Shown: positions 30,222 to 44,069 of the stretch, piece by piece
Position numbering within the stretch: position 1 is the stretch's first letter
How the letters are laid out: each line of letters begins with the position of its first letter
Origin: Eledone cirrhosa
Taxonomy: Eukaryota
Length of the DNA stretch: 64,000 nt
Assembly: GCA_964016885.1 (NCBI GenBank)
Contig: OZ024759.1
Coordinates: 31,000,001 to 31,064,000 of the forward strand
Direction: 5' to 3'
Translations under genes and position numbers: made by a program
The notes under the pieces: generated by a model
The model's database searches: none
Seen by the model: only the letters and a program-made list of their open reading frames with translations
What the model was told of the DNA's origin: nothing

Positions 30222-30831
30222 TGGTGGCTGCCAACTCGTTTTCGAGTACGGCCACTACTTTATATCCATGTAGGAGAACGCCTACCGATGCGCTGAACGA
30301 GTGTGACTTTTTAGTCCAGCCAGCGTATTGAAAACTCTGGTACAAACACTACACTTGTGACAATTATTGACACATAGTGCTGGGCCCATGGTACCATGTG
30401 AGGACAAGTGCAGAGAGATCTCCAGATATAAAGCAATGCCTGTGCCGTGAAGCTTTTATAGTGAGCAAAGGCACTGCACAAAGCCAGTCCCACTCTCTTA
30501 ACCAAGATGATATTTACCAAAAAGAAGAACAAGTCAACATCATTGGATACCATCAGGGTTGCAGGTGTTATATCAGAGTTTTCCTTCTCCTAGAATTCTG
30601 CCTTGACAAAGGCTAAGGGGTCATCTCTTCCTGTGATTTTGGATGGCCATTGACTCTTAAGAGCTCATTTGCCCTTTGACAGGTTTTGTTTTTAGTCCTG
30701 CAGGATGTCCAAAGTCACCCTCCTCACCAAGAAACCTTGGTGGGGTTGCCAGTTTAGTCGCCAACGTCCCGACCATGAGACAGGTTGTACTGGGATACAT
30801 GTTACCAGTAGCACCAACTGGTGACCTGACA
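30222..30831 (-). mobile_element. Discrete ~610-bp TG...CA element, copy 2
   Basis: Reverse complement of 24293-24904 at high identity, flanked by (TA)n and (TACA)n. Confidence 0.75.
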
Positions 30832-30890
30832 CAATACATACATACATACATACATACATACATACATACATACATACATACATACATACA

Positions 30891-30922
<32 letters not shown>

Positions 30923-31023
30923 CATACATATATATATACATGTATATATATATATACATATATATGCATGCATACATATACGTACATATATATTTATATA
31001 CTTATATATATATATACATACAC

Positions 31024-31081
<58 letters not shown>

Positions 31082-31151
31082 TATATACATATATCTATAC
31101 ATATATATATATACATATACATATATATTTATATATATATACATATTTATT

Positions 31152-31247
<96 letters not shown>

Positions 31248-31439
31248 CATATATATATTTATTTATTTATTTATAGATACATACATATACATACACTCAC
31301 ATTCTTGGCGTCGTCTCTTTTTAGGTATTGAGTTTTGTAAATATCTATACCATTCCTTTCATGTATTCTTCCACAAAGCAACGTCTCTACAGTAAAACAG
31401 CTAAATAGCTATATACATACATCTTCCACACAGTCTCAC

Positions 31440-31450
31440 CCACATTTTCT

Positions 31451-31503
<53 letters not shown>

Positions 31504-31581
31504 TCGCTCCCTCTCTATCTCTCTATCTCTCTCTCTCTCTCTCCCTCTCTCTCGCTCTATCTTTCTCTCTTCCTTATGGCT

Positions 31582-31620
<39 letters not shown>

Positions 31621-31677
31621 TCTCTCCCTCTCTCTCCCTCTCTCTCGCTCTATCTTTCTCTCTTCCTTATGGCTGTA

Positions 31678-31763
<86 letters not shown>

Positions 31764-31816
31764 TCCCTCTCTCTCTCCCTCTCTCTCGCTCTATCTTTCT
31801 CTCTTCCTTATGGCTG

Positions 31817-31854
<38 letters not shown>

Positions 31855-31905
31855 TCCCTCTCTCTCCCTCTCTCTCGCTCTATCTTTCTCTCTTCCTTAT
31901 GGCTG

Positions 31906-31957
<52 letters not shown>

Positions 31958-32040
31958 TCCCTCTCTCTCCCTCTCTCTCGCTCTATCTTTCTCTCTTCCT
32001 TATGGCTGTATCTCTCTCTCTTCCTTATGGCTGTATCCCA
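31440..32040. repeat. Compound minisatellite: fixed cassette separated by variable (CT)n
   Basis: ctctctcgctctatctttctctcttccttatggctgt recurs 5 times plus a partial copy. Confidence 0.9.
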
Positions 32041-32289
32041 CTTCCTTCCTTGATCTCACACTAGGCTCTTTGCTTGCTCTTCACCTCTAGACCTAAGTAA
32101 GAGAAGAGTCGCTAGAGAAAGGATTTGTTTTCCCTGTTTTTTATCTACGTCCATTGTGTACTTTCTTTCTAAAATGTTTTTGCTTGCAATGATTAATTCT
32201 ATAAGATTTGAACCTGGTTAACCTCTATATACACTTACCATGTACCCCTTGACACGGCCTGCTATTTCTGGTGAAAAACAACTGCAACG

Positions 32290-32584
32290 TCGTCATCGAA
32301 GTCATCATCATCATCATCATCATCATCATTTTTATCACCACCATCATCATTTTTATCACCACCACCACCATCACCACCATCATCATCATCATCATCACCA
32401 TCATCACCATCATCATCATCATCATCATCATCATTCTTGTAAACATTCTTGCGACCGTCATCGTCATCATCATCATCATCATCGTCATCATCATCATCAC
32501 CAACATCATTTTCATCACCATCATCACCATCATCACCATCATCATCATCATCATCATCATCATTCTTGTAAACATTCTTGCGAC

Positions 32585-32651
<67 letters not shown>

Positions 32652-33460
32652 GTCATCATCATCATCATCATCGTCATCATCATCGTCATCATCATCATCC
32701 TCATCATCATCATCATCATCATCATCACCATCACCAGCATTCTTGCAAACTCCATCATCATCATCTCTGTCACCATTGACATCGGCAACAATGTCGTTGT
32801 CGTCGTAGCCATCATCATCATCATCATCATCATCATAATTTCATTATTCGTTATCGTCACATATGTTGACATCAGCATTATCACATTATCACCATCATCA
32901 TAATAATAATTGTTTCTACTTTTGGCACAAGGCCAGCAATTATCCCAGTGTATTACTGGTACTCTATTTTGTCCATCTATTTTGTCCATGCCGTAAGGAT
33001 GAAAGGCAAAGTTACCCTCGGCGGGATTTGAACTCAGTCCATAAAGGGCCGTAACCTCTTTGCTGCAAAGCATGGCGTCTGACCCTCTTCCGATACTGCC
33101 AATCCGATAATAATAATTATTGTCAGCATCTTCATCATTGTCATCACCATCATCACCCACGATCGCCGTCATCATCGTTTCCAGCGCAACCACCACCACC
33201 ATCAACACCGCCACCAACATTATCACCACGTTCACCACCACCACCATCAACCACCACCACCACCACCACCTTCACCACCACCAACACACCCACCCGCAGC
33301 CATGCCATCATCATCCCCCCCCCCCCACCCACGATCATCATCACCACCACCACCATCATCACAAACACGACCGCCTTCACAAGCACAATCATCATCACCG
33401 CGCCACCACCATCATCATTACCACCACCGCCTTCACAACCATCACTACCACCACCACCAT
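32290..33460. repeat. (CAT)n/(CAC)n low-complexity tract interrupted by a SINE
   Basis: Seen directly. Source of the spurious poly-His, poly-Ile, poly-Ser and poly-Met ORFs. Confidence 0.95.
32907..33105 (-). mobile_element. tRNA-derived SINE (Meta-like core)
   Basis: Same A box, B box, core and tail motifs, with a short internal duplication (ctattttgtccat x2). Confidence 0.85.
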
Positions 33461-33856
33461 CGATACCATTTATGTTACTTCCGTTAGCTGCCAGCTTGTT
33501 CTGACAGCCAGTGTCGGCCATGTTTGAAACTTTAGCCATCCACACCGTGTAATTCCATAATTAGATATTCAACAGTAGATTAATCAATAAAGGAGAAGAG
33601 ATATGAAGATTGTATCAAACAGTCGACGCTAATAATTGATAAGGGAAGCCATCTTAAGAAACGTGTAATCGAATTTTCTTGTATTTGTATTTACATACGC
33701 GCACGTACATGTACACACATTCTCTCTCTTTCTTTCTCACTCTCTCTCTCTCTCTCTTTATATATATATATATAAATATATCTGTTTGTATATATATATA
33801 CACTCTGCGTGTGTATATATATACAAACATATATATATATATACAAACATATATAC

Positions 33857-33938
<82 letters not shown>

Positions 33939-34019
33939 ATGTGTGTGTGTGTGAGTGTTTGTTTGTTTGTGTGTTGGTAGCTAAGATGCTTCCAAAGGCG
34001 GTATGCCCAGTGAGAGAAT

Positions 34020-34180
34020 ATGCTCCGAAATCAATAGACGTGTCCGTCGAACCTGCGGGTCCAAAATCAGACAGATCCACACAATGATCACGTCTCGAGC
34101 TGTCCGCCAGGGAAACAATTGTAACAGACAATAAATCGAGTTCAGATGCATCACTGATTTTTCGTTTTCTATTCTCTTTC
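34020..34180 (+). repeat. Dispersed repeat family F (AATAAA, ends at TA; probable pLTR)
   Basis: Homologous to 42578-42722 (-), sharing agatgcatcactgatttttcgttttct. Confidence 0.5.
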
Positions 34181-34214
34181 TTTCTATATATATATATATA
34201 ATATACAATACACC

Positions 34215-34410
34215 AGGAGGAACATAATAGCACCACTGACGATGTTGCAGATATGCAACGAAAGAACTTTGTTAGACTATATATATGTGTTTGTGTCTAT
34301 ATTATATCTGTAGTTTGACCGTCGGTCAGTCAATGGTAAACATTGAGGACCGAATGAATTAACTGATATAAAAGATACAGAAGCGAAAACCAACCAAACA
34401 GTGAGTTGTT
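34215..34410 (+). mobile_element. Penelope-like pLTR, family C, hammerhead-like core at 34226-34280
   Basis: CTGACGA-t-gttgca(gata)tgcaac-GAAA-gaactt. Fused directly to a family B tail at 34414-34497. Confidence 0.6.
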
Positions 34411-34497
34411 CTGTTCCTGCTATTTCAAGCGTTAACCGGATACATTCCTTCCATATACTGTACCAATCGTGTTGTTATTTCTGTTTAAATTTTACAT

Positions 34498-34539
<42 letters not shown>

Positions 34540-34563
34540 CAAATATTTATATTTATAATACAA

Positions 34564-34606
<43 letters not shown>

Positions 34607-35189
34607 TGGACTTATAAATCCTGAAGAAGGGAAAATGTTGAAGATATCAGCACAGCTAGACAAAGGAAACGGCTAAGTCATGTGCTGCGCCTATCTTTGA
34701 AACGACCGTAAAGTGGACAGTTAAATGCAATAGTAAAAGGAGGGGTGGTCCAACGAAGAAGTGGCAAAACCTATCCCGTAAGATAAAATAAGATATGGTT
34801 GAGATGTGTGTTATCTACACAAAACGGTACAACTTGGAGAACTCTCGTTTCACGAGGCTACGGAGATAAAATAAAATAGAATAATCTAATCTAATCTGGT
34901 CGGGTTAATACTCACAGATAAGAAAAACCAGGGTCGCCCATAGGAGCATCCGATTTGGTGTACTTCATATTTGTTTCGGTTGCTGAATACAAGCAGGGGT
35001 CGCTGCTTCTCCTGAAGGTCAATAGTTCTCTTCTAACTCGAGCGGGAGTGCCTTTCCATTGTCAATTTGGATTGATCATCTGCAAAGCTGCATTGCTCTC
35101 AGAACCACTACACCAGTCTTTCGATGCGTGCAGCTGGAACACCAGCCACCCATTGTTTTGGTAGGATTTTATTTTTTTATCTTTATTTT

Positions 35190-35382
35190 TTTAGATTGCT
35201 GTTGACTCTTATGAGTTCTTCCACCCTTTGTTAGATTTTGTCTTTTGTCCTGCAGGGTGTCCAAAATCACCCTCCAAACTAAGTAAATTTGGTGGGGTTG
35301 CCGATTTAGTTGCCGACGACCCGATTATGCGACAGGTTGTACTGGGTTACAAGCTACCAGTAGCATAATGAGGCTCAGTCAC
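35190..35382 (-). mobile_element. Diverged relative of the first ~190 bp of the 610-bp element
   Basis: Shares tgctactggta, cccagtacaacctgt, ggcaaccccaccaa, ggagggtga and cctgcaggac in order with 24293-24485. Confidence 0.7.
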
Positions 35383-36076
35383 AGTTTTACACCGAATCTC
35401 CACTAAAATTTTTAACTGAGTTACTACAGCATGGCCGTGGCCTAATGACAAGAGCCTGTGACCCAGTCCCCTTTCAATATTTACTGTATTTTGAAGAAGG
35501 CAAGATTATTATTTCCTTTGGTGGAGATCTAGCTTCTATTTCTAGCAGTTTATTTGACCACCTGGATGTTCTGTCGTCGACTAATACCTCAAGTTTTATG
35601 AAGCCGTGTGGGATACACAGTGAATGTACTATATAATTGACAAGTAAACTTTCGCTAGATATATTTCATTCAGATGATTGCGATGAAGGTCAATTCCAGG
35701 AGCTTAATCCAATTCGGTAAAATGTACATGTATTAGTATTCGCAATATCCTTGCATGCACATTGTTTCATTTAAGAAGTTTACCACTTTACTTTGGAGAT
35801 ATTAATAAACCTAACATCGAGAATATATAATAAAAGAGTAAAGCAGGATCTTTTAACAGGAAATAATCCCTTCGGATTATTTTGATTAGCCTTAATATAA
35901 GAGTATCACGCGATTGTGCTTCATACAAACAATTAGATTTATCATGCCGCTATAAGAAGTAGATTTATTGTAAAATATCCTCACAAATAACATCAAATGT
36001 TTGAAGAGATTTGTGAAAAAATCATTAATTGCAAGGATTAATCAGGTAAAACTGTATGTTGTTGTATTTAGACAAG

Positions 36077-36229
36077 GGGGCGTCGAATTAGCAGAGTTGT
36101 CAAAACATCGGGTAGAACACTTTACAACATTCGTTCTGACTCTCCGCACTCTCAGTTCAAATCTCGCCGACGTCAACTTTGCTTTCATCCTTTCGAGGTC
36201 GATAAAAATTAACTATTAGTCTAGTACTA
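36077..36229 (+). mobile_element. Old SINE head and core that runs into the minisatellite
   Basis: B box cagttcaaatctcgccga, core gtcaactttgctttcatcctttcgaggtcgataaaa. Confidence 0.75.
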
Positions 36230-36881
36230 GGGTCGATAATAATTGACTATTAGTCTAGTATTAGGGTCGGTAAAAATTGACTATTAGTCTAGTATTAGGG
36301 TTGATAAAAATTGACTATTAGTCGAGTATTAGGGTTGATAAAAATTGACTATTAGTCGAGTATTAGGGTTGATAAAAATTGACTATTAGTCTAGTATTAG
36401 GGTCGGTAAAAATTGACTATTAGTCTAGTATTAGGGTCGGTAAAAATTGACTATTAGTCTAGTATTAGGGTCGGTAAAAATTGACTATTAGTCTAGTATT
36501 AGGGTCGGTAAAAATTGACTATTAGTCTAGTATTAGGGTCGGTAAAAATTGACTATTAGTCTAGTATTAGGGTCGGTAAAAATTGACTATTAGTCTAGTA
36601 TTAGGGTCGGTAAAAATTGACTATTAGTCTAGTATTAGGGTCGGTAAAAATTGACTATTAGTCTAGTATTAGGGTTGGTAAAAATTGACTATTAGTCTAG
36701 TATTAGGGTCGGTAAAAATTGACTATTAGTCTAGTATTAGGGTCGGTAAAAATTGACTATTAGTCTAGTATTAGGGTCGGTAAAAATTGACTATTAGTCT
36801 AGTACTAAGGTCGATAACAATTGACTATTAGTCTAGTACTAAGGTCGATAAAAAGTAATTACTAGTCTAGTACTAGGGTCG
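36196..36881 (+). repeat. 34-bp minisatellite, 20 units
   Basis: Consensus GGGTCGGTAAAAATTGACTATTAGTCTAGTATTA with a strict 34-bp period. Confidence 0.95.
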
Positions 36882-37169
36882 TTTCTTCCCCTATATCACT
36901 TTCCTATTTCCAATTTGTCATTCTTTATCTTTCTCTGGAATAAATGTGCTGTGTTCTGACATGAAGAGAGGGAATGGTCTCCGCCAGATTTACAAATACC
37001 TATGAAAAATCTAATGTGAATGTGGCACCCCTATGATTCTACCAGAGATTACAGAACCATATCATTTAGTAGTAATGGAATTCATATTTGAAAAGTTTGC
37101 GACCGTATATTTTCATCTGTGTATCTCAATCATTAATGCACGGAAATAGGTATATTAATGGAAAATTAT

Positions 37170-37348
37170 ATAATTGTTTCTACTTTTGGCACAAGGCCAG
37201 CAATTACTCCAGTGTATTACTGGTACTTTATTTTATCGACCCCGGTAAGGATGAAAGACAAAGTTAACCTCGGCGGGATTTGAACACAGAATGGCAAGGA
37301 TCGTAACTCTATGCTTCAAAACATGGCGTGCGACCCTCTACCGATACT
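37170..37348 (-). mobile_element. tRNA-derived SINE between long direct repeats
   Basis: SINE motifs present. Flanks 37047-37172 and 37353-37501 are homologous. Confidence 0.85.
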
Positions 37349-38019
37349 CAGGGATTACGGAACCATATCATTTAGTAGTAATGGAATTCATATGTGAAAA
37401 GTTTGCGTCCGTGGACCTTTTATCAGGCTCTGTATATTTTCATCTGTGAATCTTAATCATTAACGCACAGAAATAGGTATATTAATGGAAAATTATATAA
37501 TGCTGCTATTCTACGGATTTATTTGAAAATGTTGTTGACGTAAAGCCATACATTAGTAGGGAAATTGAAAGCAACATTAGTTTGATACAAATATATTGCA
37601 TCTTCTCTATTTCAACTGTTTCAAAAGGTGAAAATTACCTGTGAAAACCTTGTGTTCGTGCGAACGACACACGACACAAGATCTCTTATCTCTTAGAGAA
37701 GAAGAAAGGAAACGGTCTTTATACTGGGGATGGGGATCATAATGATTGCGTTTAATTTTAAACCTGGTTGAGGCCATTACCATTGGTAGAATCGTAATAT
37801 AATCTCGCGTTCGTACCACACACATGTCTTATCTCTCACAGGAGAGTAAAGAAAACTACCCTTATCATTGTGGGAATAATAGGGACAGCGTCTTATTCTA
37901 ACCTGGTTGAGCCCATCACCATCGTGTGATAGAATCCTAAGAGCACCAGACAAATTTCATTATGGTATTAATCCTTAAAGTTTATGCGTCCGCTCGGGGT
38001 GAGTAAAAACCTGGGTTCA

Positions 38020-38535
38020 AATGTTTTGAGTTTGAGACACGTAGAAGTCAACTTCTCTTTCCAATCTTCCGGTGGTCGATAAATTTCAGTTCCTGTAAAG
38101 ACTTGTGTCAATATAATTCACTTTCCCCTTTCCCCAAATGTGTGACAATATTAGAAAGTCGTCATAGAAACAGCAGTAGATTGGCACAGTCAGTAGAGCA
38201 TCGGATAATTTTCTTTGCGGCCTTTGATCCGTTTCTTTATGTCCTCGATTCAAAGGTCGATTTTACCTTTAATTATCTCTCAGGGTCGATAAAATAAAGA
38301 TTCAATCAAACACTGGGGTCGATTTAACCGACTTACACATCGGACTTCCCCGAATTGCTGACCTTGTGTCTAAATAAGGGGCGGTAGATTGGTAGAATCG
38401 GTAGAGCGTCGGTGAAATGTTTAGTAGTATTTGCATCAGTACATTAATTACTCAGTTCAAATCCAGTTAAGGTCAACTTTGCAGTTCATCCGTCCTTCCG
38501 AGGTTGATAAAATAATAATATACCAGTAAAATACT
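38020..38535 (+). mobile_element. Run of about three old, diverged SINE copies
   Basis: Degenerate cores ggtcgataaat (38074), gggtcgataaaataaag (38283) and gaggttgataaaataata (38500), with heads at 38176 and 38379. Confidence 0.6.
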
Positions 38536-38920
38536 GGTGGTTCTGGTGTTGCTAGTGGTGGTGGTGGTGCTCGTGGTGCTGGTGGTAGTGGTGGTGCTGG
38601 TTGTGGTGGTGGTGGTGATGGTGGTGGTGTTGGTGATGCTGATGGTGGTAGTGGTGGTGGTAGTGGTGGTGCTGGTGATGGTGGTGGTGGTGGTGGTGAT
38701 GGTGGTGGTACTGATGGTGGTGGTGGTGGTGATGCTGGTGGTGGTGGTGGTGGTGGTGGTGGCGGCGACAGTGGCCTATTGCTGGTTCGTATCAATATTA
38801 CAAAGGATTACTATGGCATTAATGGTATTAGTGCGGGTGCTTATAGATCTAGTGGTGATGGTGGTGGTGGTGGTGGTGGTGGTGGTGGTGGTAGTGCTGC
38901 TGCTGCTGCTGCTGCTGGCG
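38535..38920. repeat. (GGT)n-rich low-complexity tract
   Basis: Seen directly. Confidence 0.9.
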
Positions 38921-39525
38921 GAGACAGTAGCATATTGCATGATTGTCTCCACTTGAAATCCAAATAGATGACGAGCATTTTTTAAATAGTACTTACTATA
39001 TTGTTGGTGGGGGGTTTTTTATATTTTTTTTTTCCCCCGACTCATTTTTTTTTTTCTACTTTTTAATATTTCGATAATGGCAACTGAAGCGTCCATATAT
39101 CTGATGAGGGAAAAAAATAAACATCTTTCGGCAAAGTTCTTTGATCAATTCTCTTTCACGTAAAAGAATATTTTCGAGGATGTTTTAGGAGTGTTTTAAA
39201 AGTTTATGAACGAGATACTGCGATTTATAGTAGCTTTACATTTAGACAGAGAAACAGATATGGTGAAATATGAAGAAGTAAAACTAATAAAATAAAACAA
39301 AAACCCACCCAGAGCAGCAACAACACAAAGATGGATGGATGTCAGTATATAACGATACAATATATAATAGAGTTGTGTGAGTGGTGAGACGTGATTTAAT
39401 CTAGCCAACAGAAATCATTCTTCCGGGAGTAATGAAGTTGGTAGTTTGAAGCAAACGAGAACGGGAGCGTGAAAAACATTTTTTATAGGGTATAGATGAA
39501 AGCATCGCTTCAAAATGTAGTTCCC

Positions 39526-39732
<207 letters not shown>

Positions 39733-39773
39733 AATATATATATACATATATATGTCTACATATATACAACAAC

Positions 39774-39831
<58 letters not shown>

Positions 39832-39928
39832 ATGCATACATAAATATATATATATATATGTATATACATATATATATGGATGCATACATACATACATATA
39901 TATATGTATAAACATATATATATATATG

Positions 39929-40006
<78 letters not shown>

Positions 40007-40172
40007 GATACATATATATATATGTATATATATGTATGTGTGTATGTCTATTTGAGTGAGTACGTATGATATATATATATGTGTGTGGGTGTATACACAT
40101 ATGCATGTGTATTTGAGTGAGTTCGTATGATATATATATATATAGTTGATAAATGAAACCGACAAAACACAG

Positions 40173-40288
<116 letters not shown>

Positions 40289-40414
40289 CAGACATGTATG
40301 TGTGTGTGTGCCTATTTGAGTGAGTACGTATAGTTATATATATGTATATGAACGTGGGTGTATATACACACACAGACGCACACATACAAATATATACATA
40401 TATATACATGCATA

Positions 40415-40540
<126 letters not shown>

Positions 40541-40547
40541 TATATAC

Positions 40548-40645
<98 letters not shown>

Positions 40646-41412
40646 GCAAGATGTATAGTGTGTGTATTTTATAGACTTTTGAAGAGAATTAAAGTAAGAT
40701 TTTGTTGCTTGTTTGTTTAACTAACTGCTGTAAGTTTAACATTTGTTTTTGCTTTCAGAAAACTGATATCGATGTAGATTCGACAATGTTTACGATGGCA
40801 TCCACTGAGATATATAATCTGAGAAAAATATTGCTATTAGTTCGTTCATTTGTTTCTGTATTGATATAGAAATATGTGTATACGAAGTGTTATACAAAGT
40901 GTTGGCATAGCTAAGAGCAGTTGGCTCTCGTTAGCTTCTTTTCTCGTCTCAATAGATAGGACATTTAATTCTCCTTGTATTCTAAAAAGATATTATGCTA
41001 AATCAAAGGAATTGTGTTGCTGAAGTTCCACTAGTTGTTAATATGATTGCATTTGTTTGGTTTGCCCGATTTATTTTCCTTTTGAATTATATATCTATTT
41101 TTTTATTTTATCCTTATTATTTTCTCTTTTTTTATTTTTTTTGGCATGCAGCCCAGATTGTAACTTGATAAAATCAAACATTGGCATCTTATTGATTTCT
41201 GTTTAATCCTTCTAGAAAGAAAGTATTGGGAAGCTATGATGTAGAGTTATAGACCATGGTTGATCATGATCAAGCAGAGAGATGATCTGGTTGACACCAT
41301 TCCTAGCTAGAATTATATCATTTGTTCTTTTTATCTTGTATATGTGGTTTGTATTCTGTATTTCTTTAGCGTTGCTTGTCAGCTCTGATACTATAGGCAT
41401 GTGGTTATAATG

Positions 41413-41745
41413 TCTCAGGGAGGAATTGCTGTAAAGATGTTCCAGGTAGAGCCACTACTTCTCTGAATTCAGAGATCATAGCTCTAATACTATAGCGTTG
41501 CTTGTCAGCTCTCATACTATAGGCTTGTGGTTAGAATGTCTCAGGAAAGAATCGCTGGACAGATTTTAACGGGCAAAACCAACAGGCAGGAGAACCAAGG
41601 GTAGACCCTGAACAAGGCAGTTGGATAACATCTATGAGCTTGGCTGGTCACGCTTGTGGGTCCAGTCGCATCAGTTGTAGACGGTTGCTTCTGACAGGCC
41701 CCGCTGGAAAGAATGTTTGAGGACTCTGCCCCCATGACTCACTCA
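41413..41745 (+). mobile_element. RTE LINE 3' fragment, locally duplicated
   Basis: Homologous to 46860-47130 (ggttagaatgtc..gaaagaatcgctgga..gggtagaccctga). A ~55-bp segment occurs at both 41365 and 41493. Confidence 0.75.
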
Positions 41746-41789
41746 TGAATGAGTTGGCAAAGAAGAAGAAAGCATTATATTGTGTAATT

Positions 41790-42000
41790 GCAGAGTGGTG
41801 AATTAGCAATATCCTTTGAGAATCGTAACACCATGCTTTAGAGTATAGACGTACCACCCTTTACATACTGAGTTCAAATCCTGTCGAGATTAGCTTTGTC
41901 TTTCATCCTTACGGCGTCGATAAAATAAAGTACCCGTCACGCACTGGGGTTGATTTAATCGACATTCGCCTCCCTCAAAATTGCTGAATTAGATACCATT
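41790..42000 (+). mobile_element. tRNA-derived SINE, diverged
   Basis: B box gagttcaaatcc, core tttcatccttacggcgtcgataaaataaagtac. Confidence 0.8.
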
Positions 42001-42169
42001 ATGTTGTGTAACTAATCTTTACATTTCTACAAGTCATATAAGGTTGTTTTAAAGGTTATTTTATGTCACTAATATTTCTTGTTGGTCAACTGTCAATGCT
42101 GTCTCTTCTTTGATTTCATTGTGGTTTTGTCACTGATTATGTTGTTTATATGCAAAGTGTGTTATGGAC

Positions 42170-42380
42170 GAGAAAGATGTATTAGCAGTGCCTTAACCTT
42201 CATTGAAGAAATATATTAGTTTAACGCTTAAAATAACAGGAAAAAAGTCTCAATGTTTCGGACACTAGTCATTCATCAGAATATAGATTTAGACATAAAA
42301 GATAAAATGGAGAAATAAAGAATGAGTAGAGAAAGGAACGGAAAAAATAGAATTGAGAAAAGAAACACAGGTGGAATTCT
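42170..42380 (-). mobile_element. Penelope-like family B, diverged; hammerhead at 42248-42283
   Basis: Minus strand: tatt-CTGATGA-atgactagtgtcc-GAAA-catt-gaga. Confidence 0.6.
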
Positions 42381-42505
42381 CAAATACGTTGGATTCCATC
42401 ATTAGACTTCCACCCTGAAACTGGATTTATCCACGGTCACTTCCTAAATTATTTTCTGATATTTTTTCTGGATATTTTTTCTGATCAATAGATTTTTTTT
42501 CTTTG

Positions 42506-42578
<73 letters not shown>

Positions 42579-42744
42579 AGAAAACGAAAAATCAGTGATG
42601 CATCTGGACTTAGTTTATTTCGTGTTTCGCCGGCATGTAGCTCGAGGCATGGTCCTTGTATGGATCTGGCTGATTCTACTTCTGCGGGTTCTTTCAGACA
42701 CGGGTGTTATGTCCGGAGCAAATTTTATCTCTCTATATATATAT

Positions 42745-43014
<270 letters not shown>

Positions 43015-43949
43015 GTGTATATATATATATATATTACAATTTGGAATGAAAGCAATATCATGTTAGCAATTGTTTTAGATAGACAGCACAGCAAGAATAT
43101 AAACATTAAATTACTAAAATTATTCTAAAATCATCGGGCCTATTCCGACATAACTAATTTTTACTGGAAATAAACCCATTTCATAAAAGTATATAATGGA
43201 ACTTTGCAGGCAGAAGGAGTATGATACATCGTAGATTAATCTCCATTAACAAAAATATTCGCCTTTTTATATAGACAGATCAAGAATTATAGCCTAACAC
43301 AATAGTTTTATATGCATGTATATGATTATTTTGAAAGTATTTGTAGATGTGAGTTGTATTTTTTGTTTTGCATTTATGCATTCTATAAATATTGTTTTAT
43401 TCATATCTTAATAGTTTATGCCTCTACATATTTTTAGTTTGTATAGGAGACAATTATCTCTAAATTGTGTTGTTTCCATTGTCTTGGGGGAGAAATATAT
43501 TGCAAAATCAGAAGAAAAAAAAATCACTGAATTCAATTTCGTTGTGTATTCTTTTCAAATAGCTTTCATATTAATATAATATAAATATTATTATATTAAG
43601 AAATGAAATTTTGAATATATATCGTTTCTCTTTATATTGAAAATAATTACGTTACGGCTAGCTTCCAGTTATCCGTAACCTAAGCACTTGTTCGTTTTAC
43701 AGTACAATGAATTTCATTTCACTGGTGACATTAATGCTCATGGGAAATAAATAGAAATATTAAATTTCCGTTTCGCTTCAACTAATATAATGAACATTTG
43801 AGAAAACAAATATATATTCTAATTCAACTGGCGAGAGCTATCTCAGTGGCTGGTGATGTCGAACGACTTTCCTCAAATCGGACCGAGGAAACAATGGTTC
43901 CGTTGGTCTTTCTAATTGCTAATACTCTCTATCGGTCGCAACTCCAGGT

Positions 43950-44069
43950 AGAAGAAGCAACATGAAATAAAGTATCTTGCTCAAGGACATAATGCATCGC
44001 CCGGTGCGGGAATCGAACTCACAACCTCACGATTGCAAATCCAATTCTCTAACCACTCAGCTACGCCTC
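43950..44069 (-). mobile_element. tRNA-derived CORE-type SINE fragment (second SINE family)
   Basis: Minus strand has A box TAGCTGAGTGGTTAG, B box GAGTTCGATTCCC, then tgtccttgagcaagatacttta (CORE-like). Confidence 0.7.

Noticed and set aside
32225-33545. Poly-His, poly-Met, poly-Ile and poly-Ser ORFs up to 341 aa (also 56702-57349 and 38457-38967)
   Set aside because: Trinucleotide repeats open in several frames on both strands. The longest ORF reads straight through a SINE.
35445-35636. Possible LINE endonuclease fragment (IIISFGGDL); similar weak hint at 19560-19745
   Set aside because: A single weak motif each, not enough to support a call.
36196-36881. CRISPR-like array
   Set aside because: Units are contiguous with no unique spacers, there are no cas genes, the context is eukaryotic, and the unit derives from a SINE.
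39102-39145. CTGATGA hammerhead candidate
   Set aside because: No stem II followed by GAAA, and no stem I.
43995-44069. Possible tRNA gene
   Set aside because: A and B boxes are present, but it continues into a CORE-like SINE body and I could not form a clean acceptor stem.
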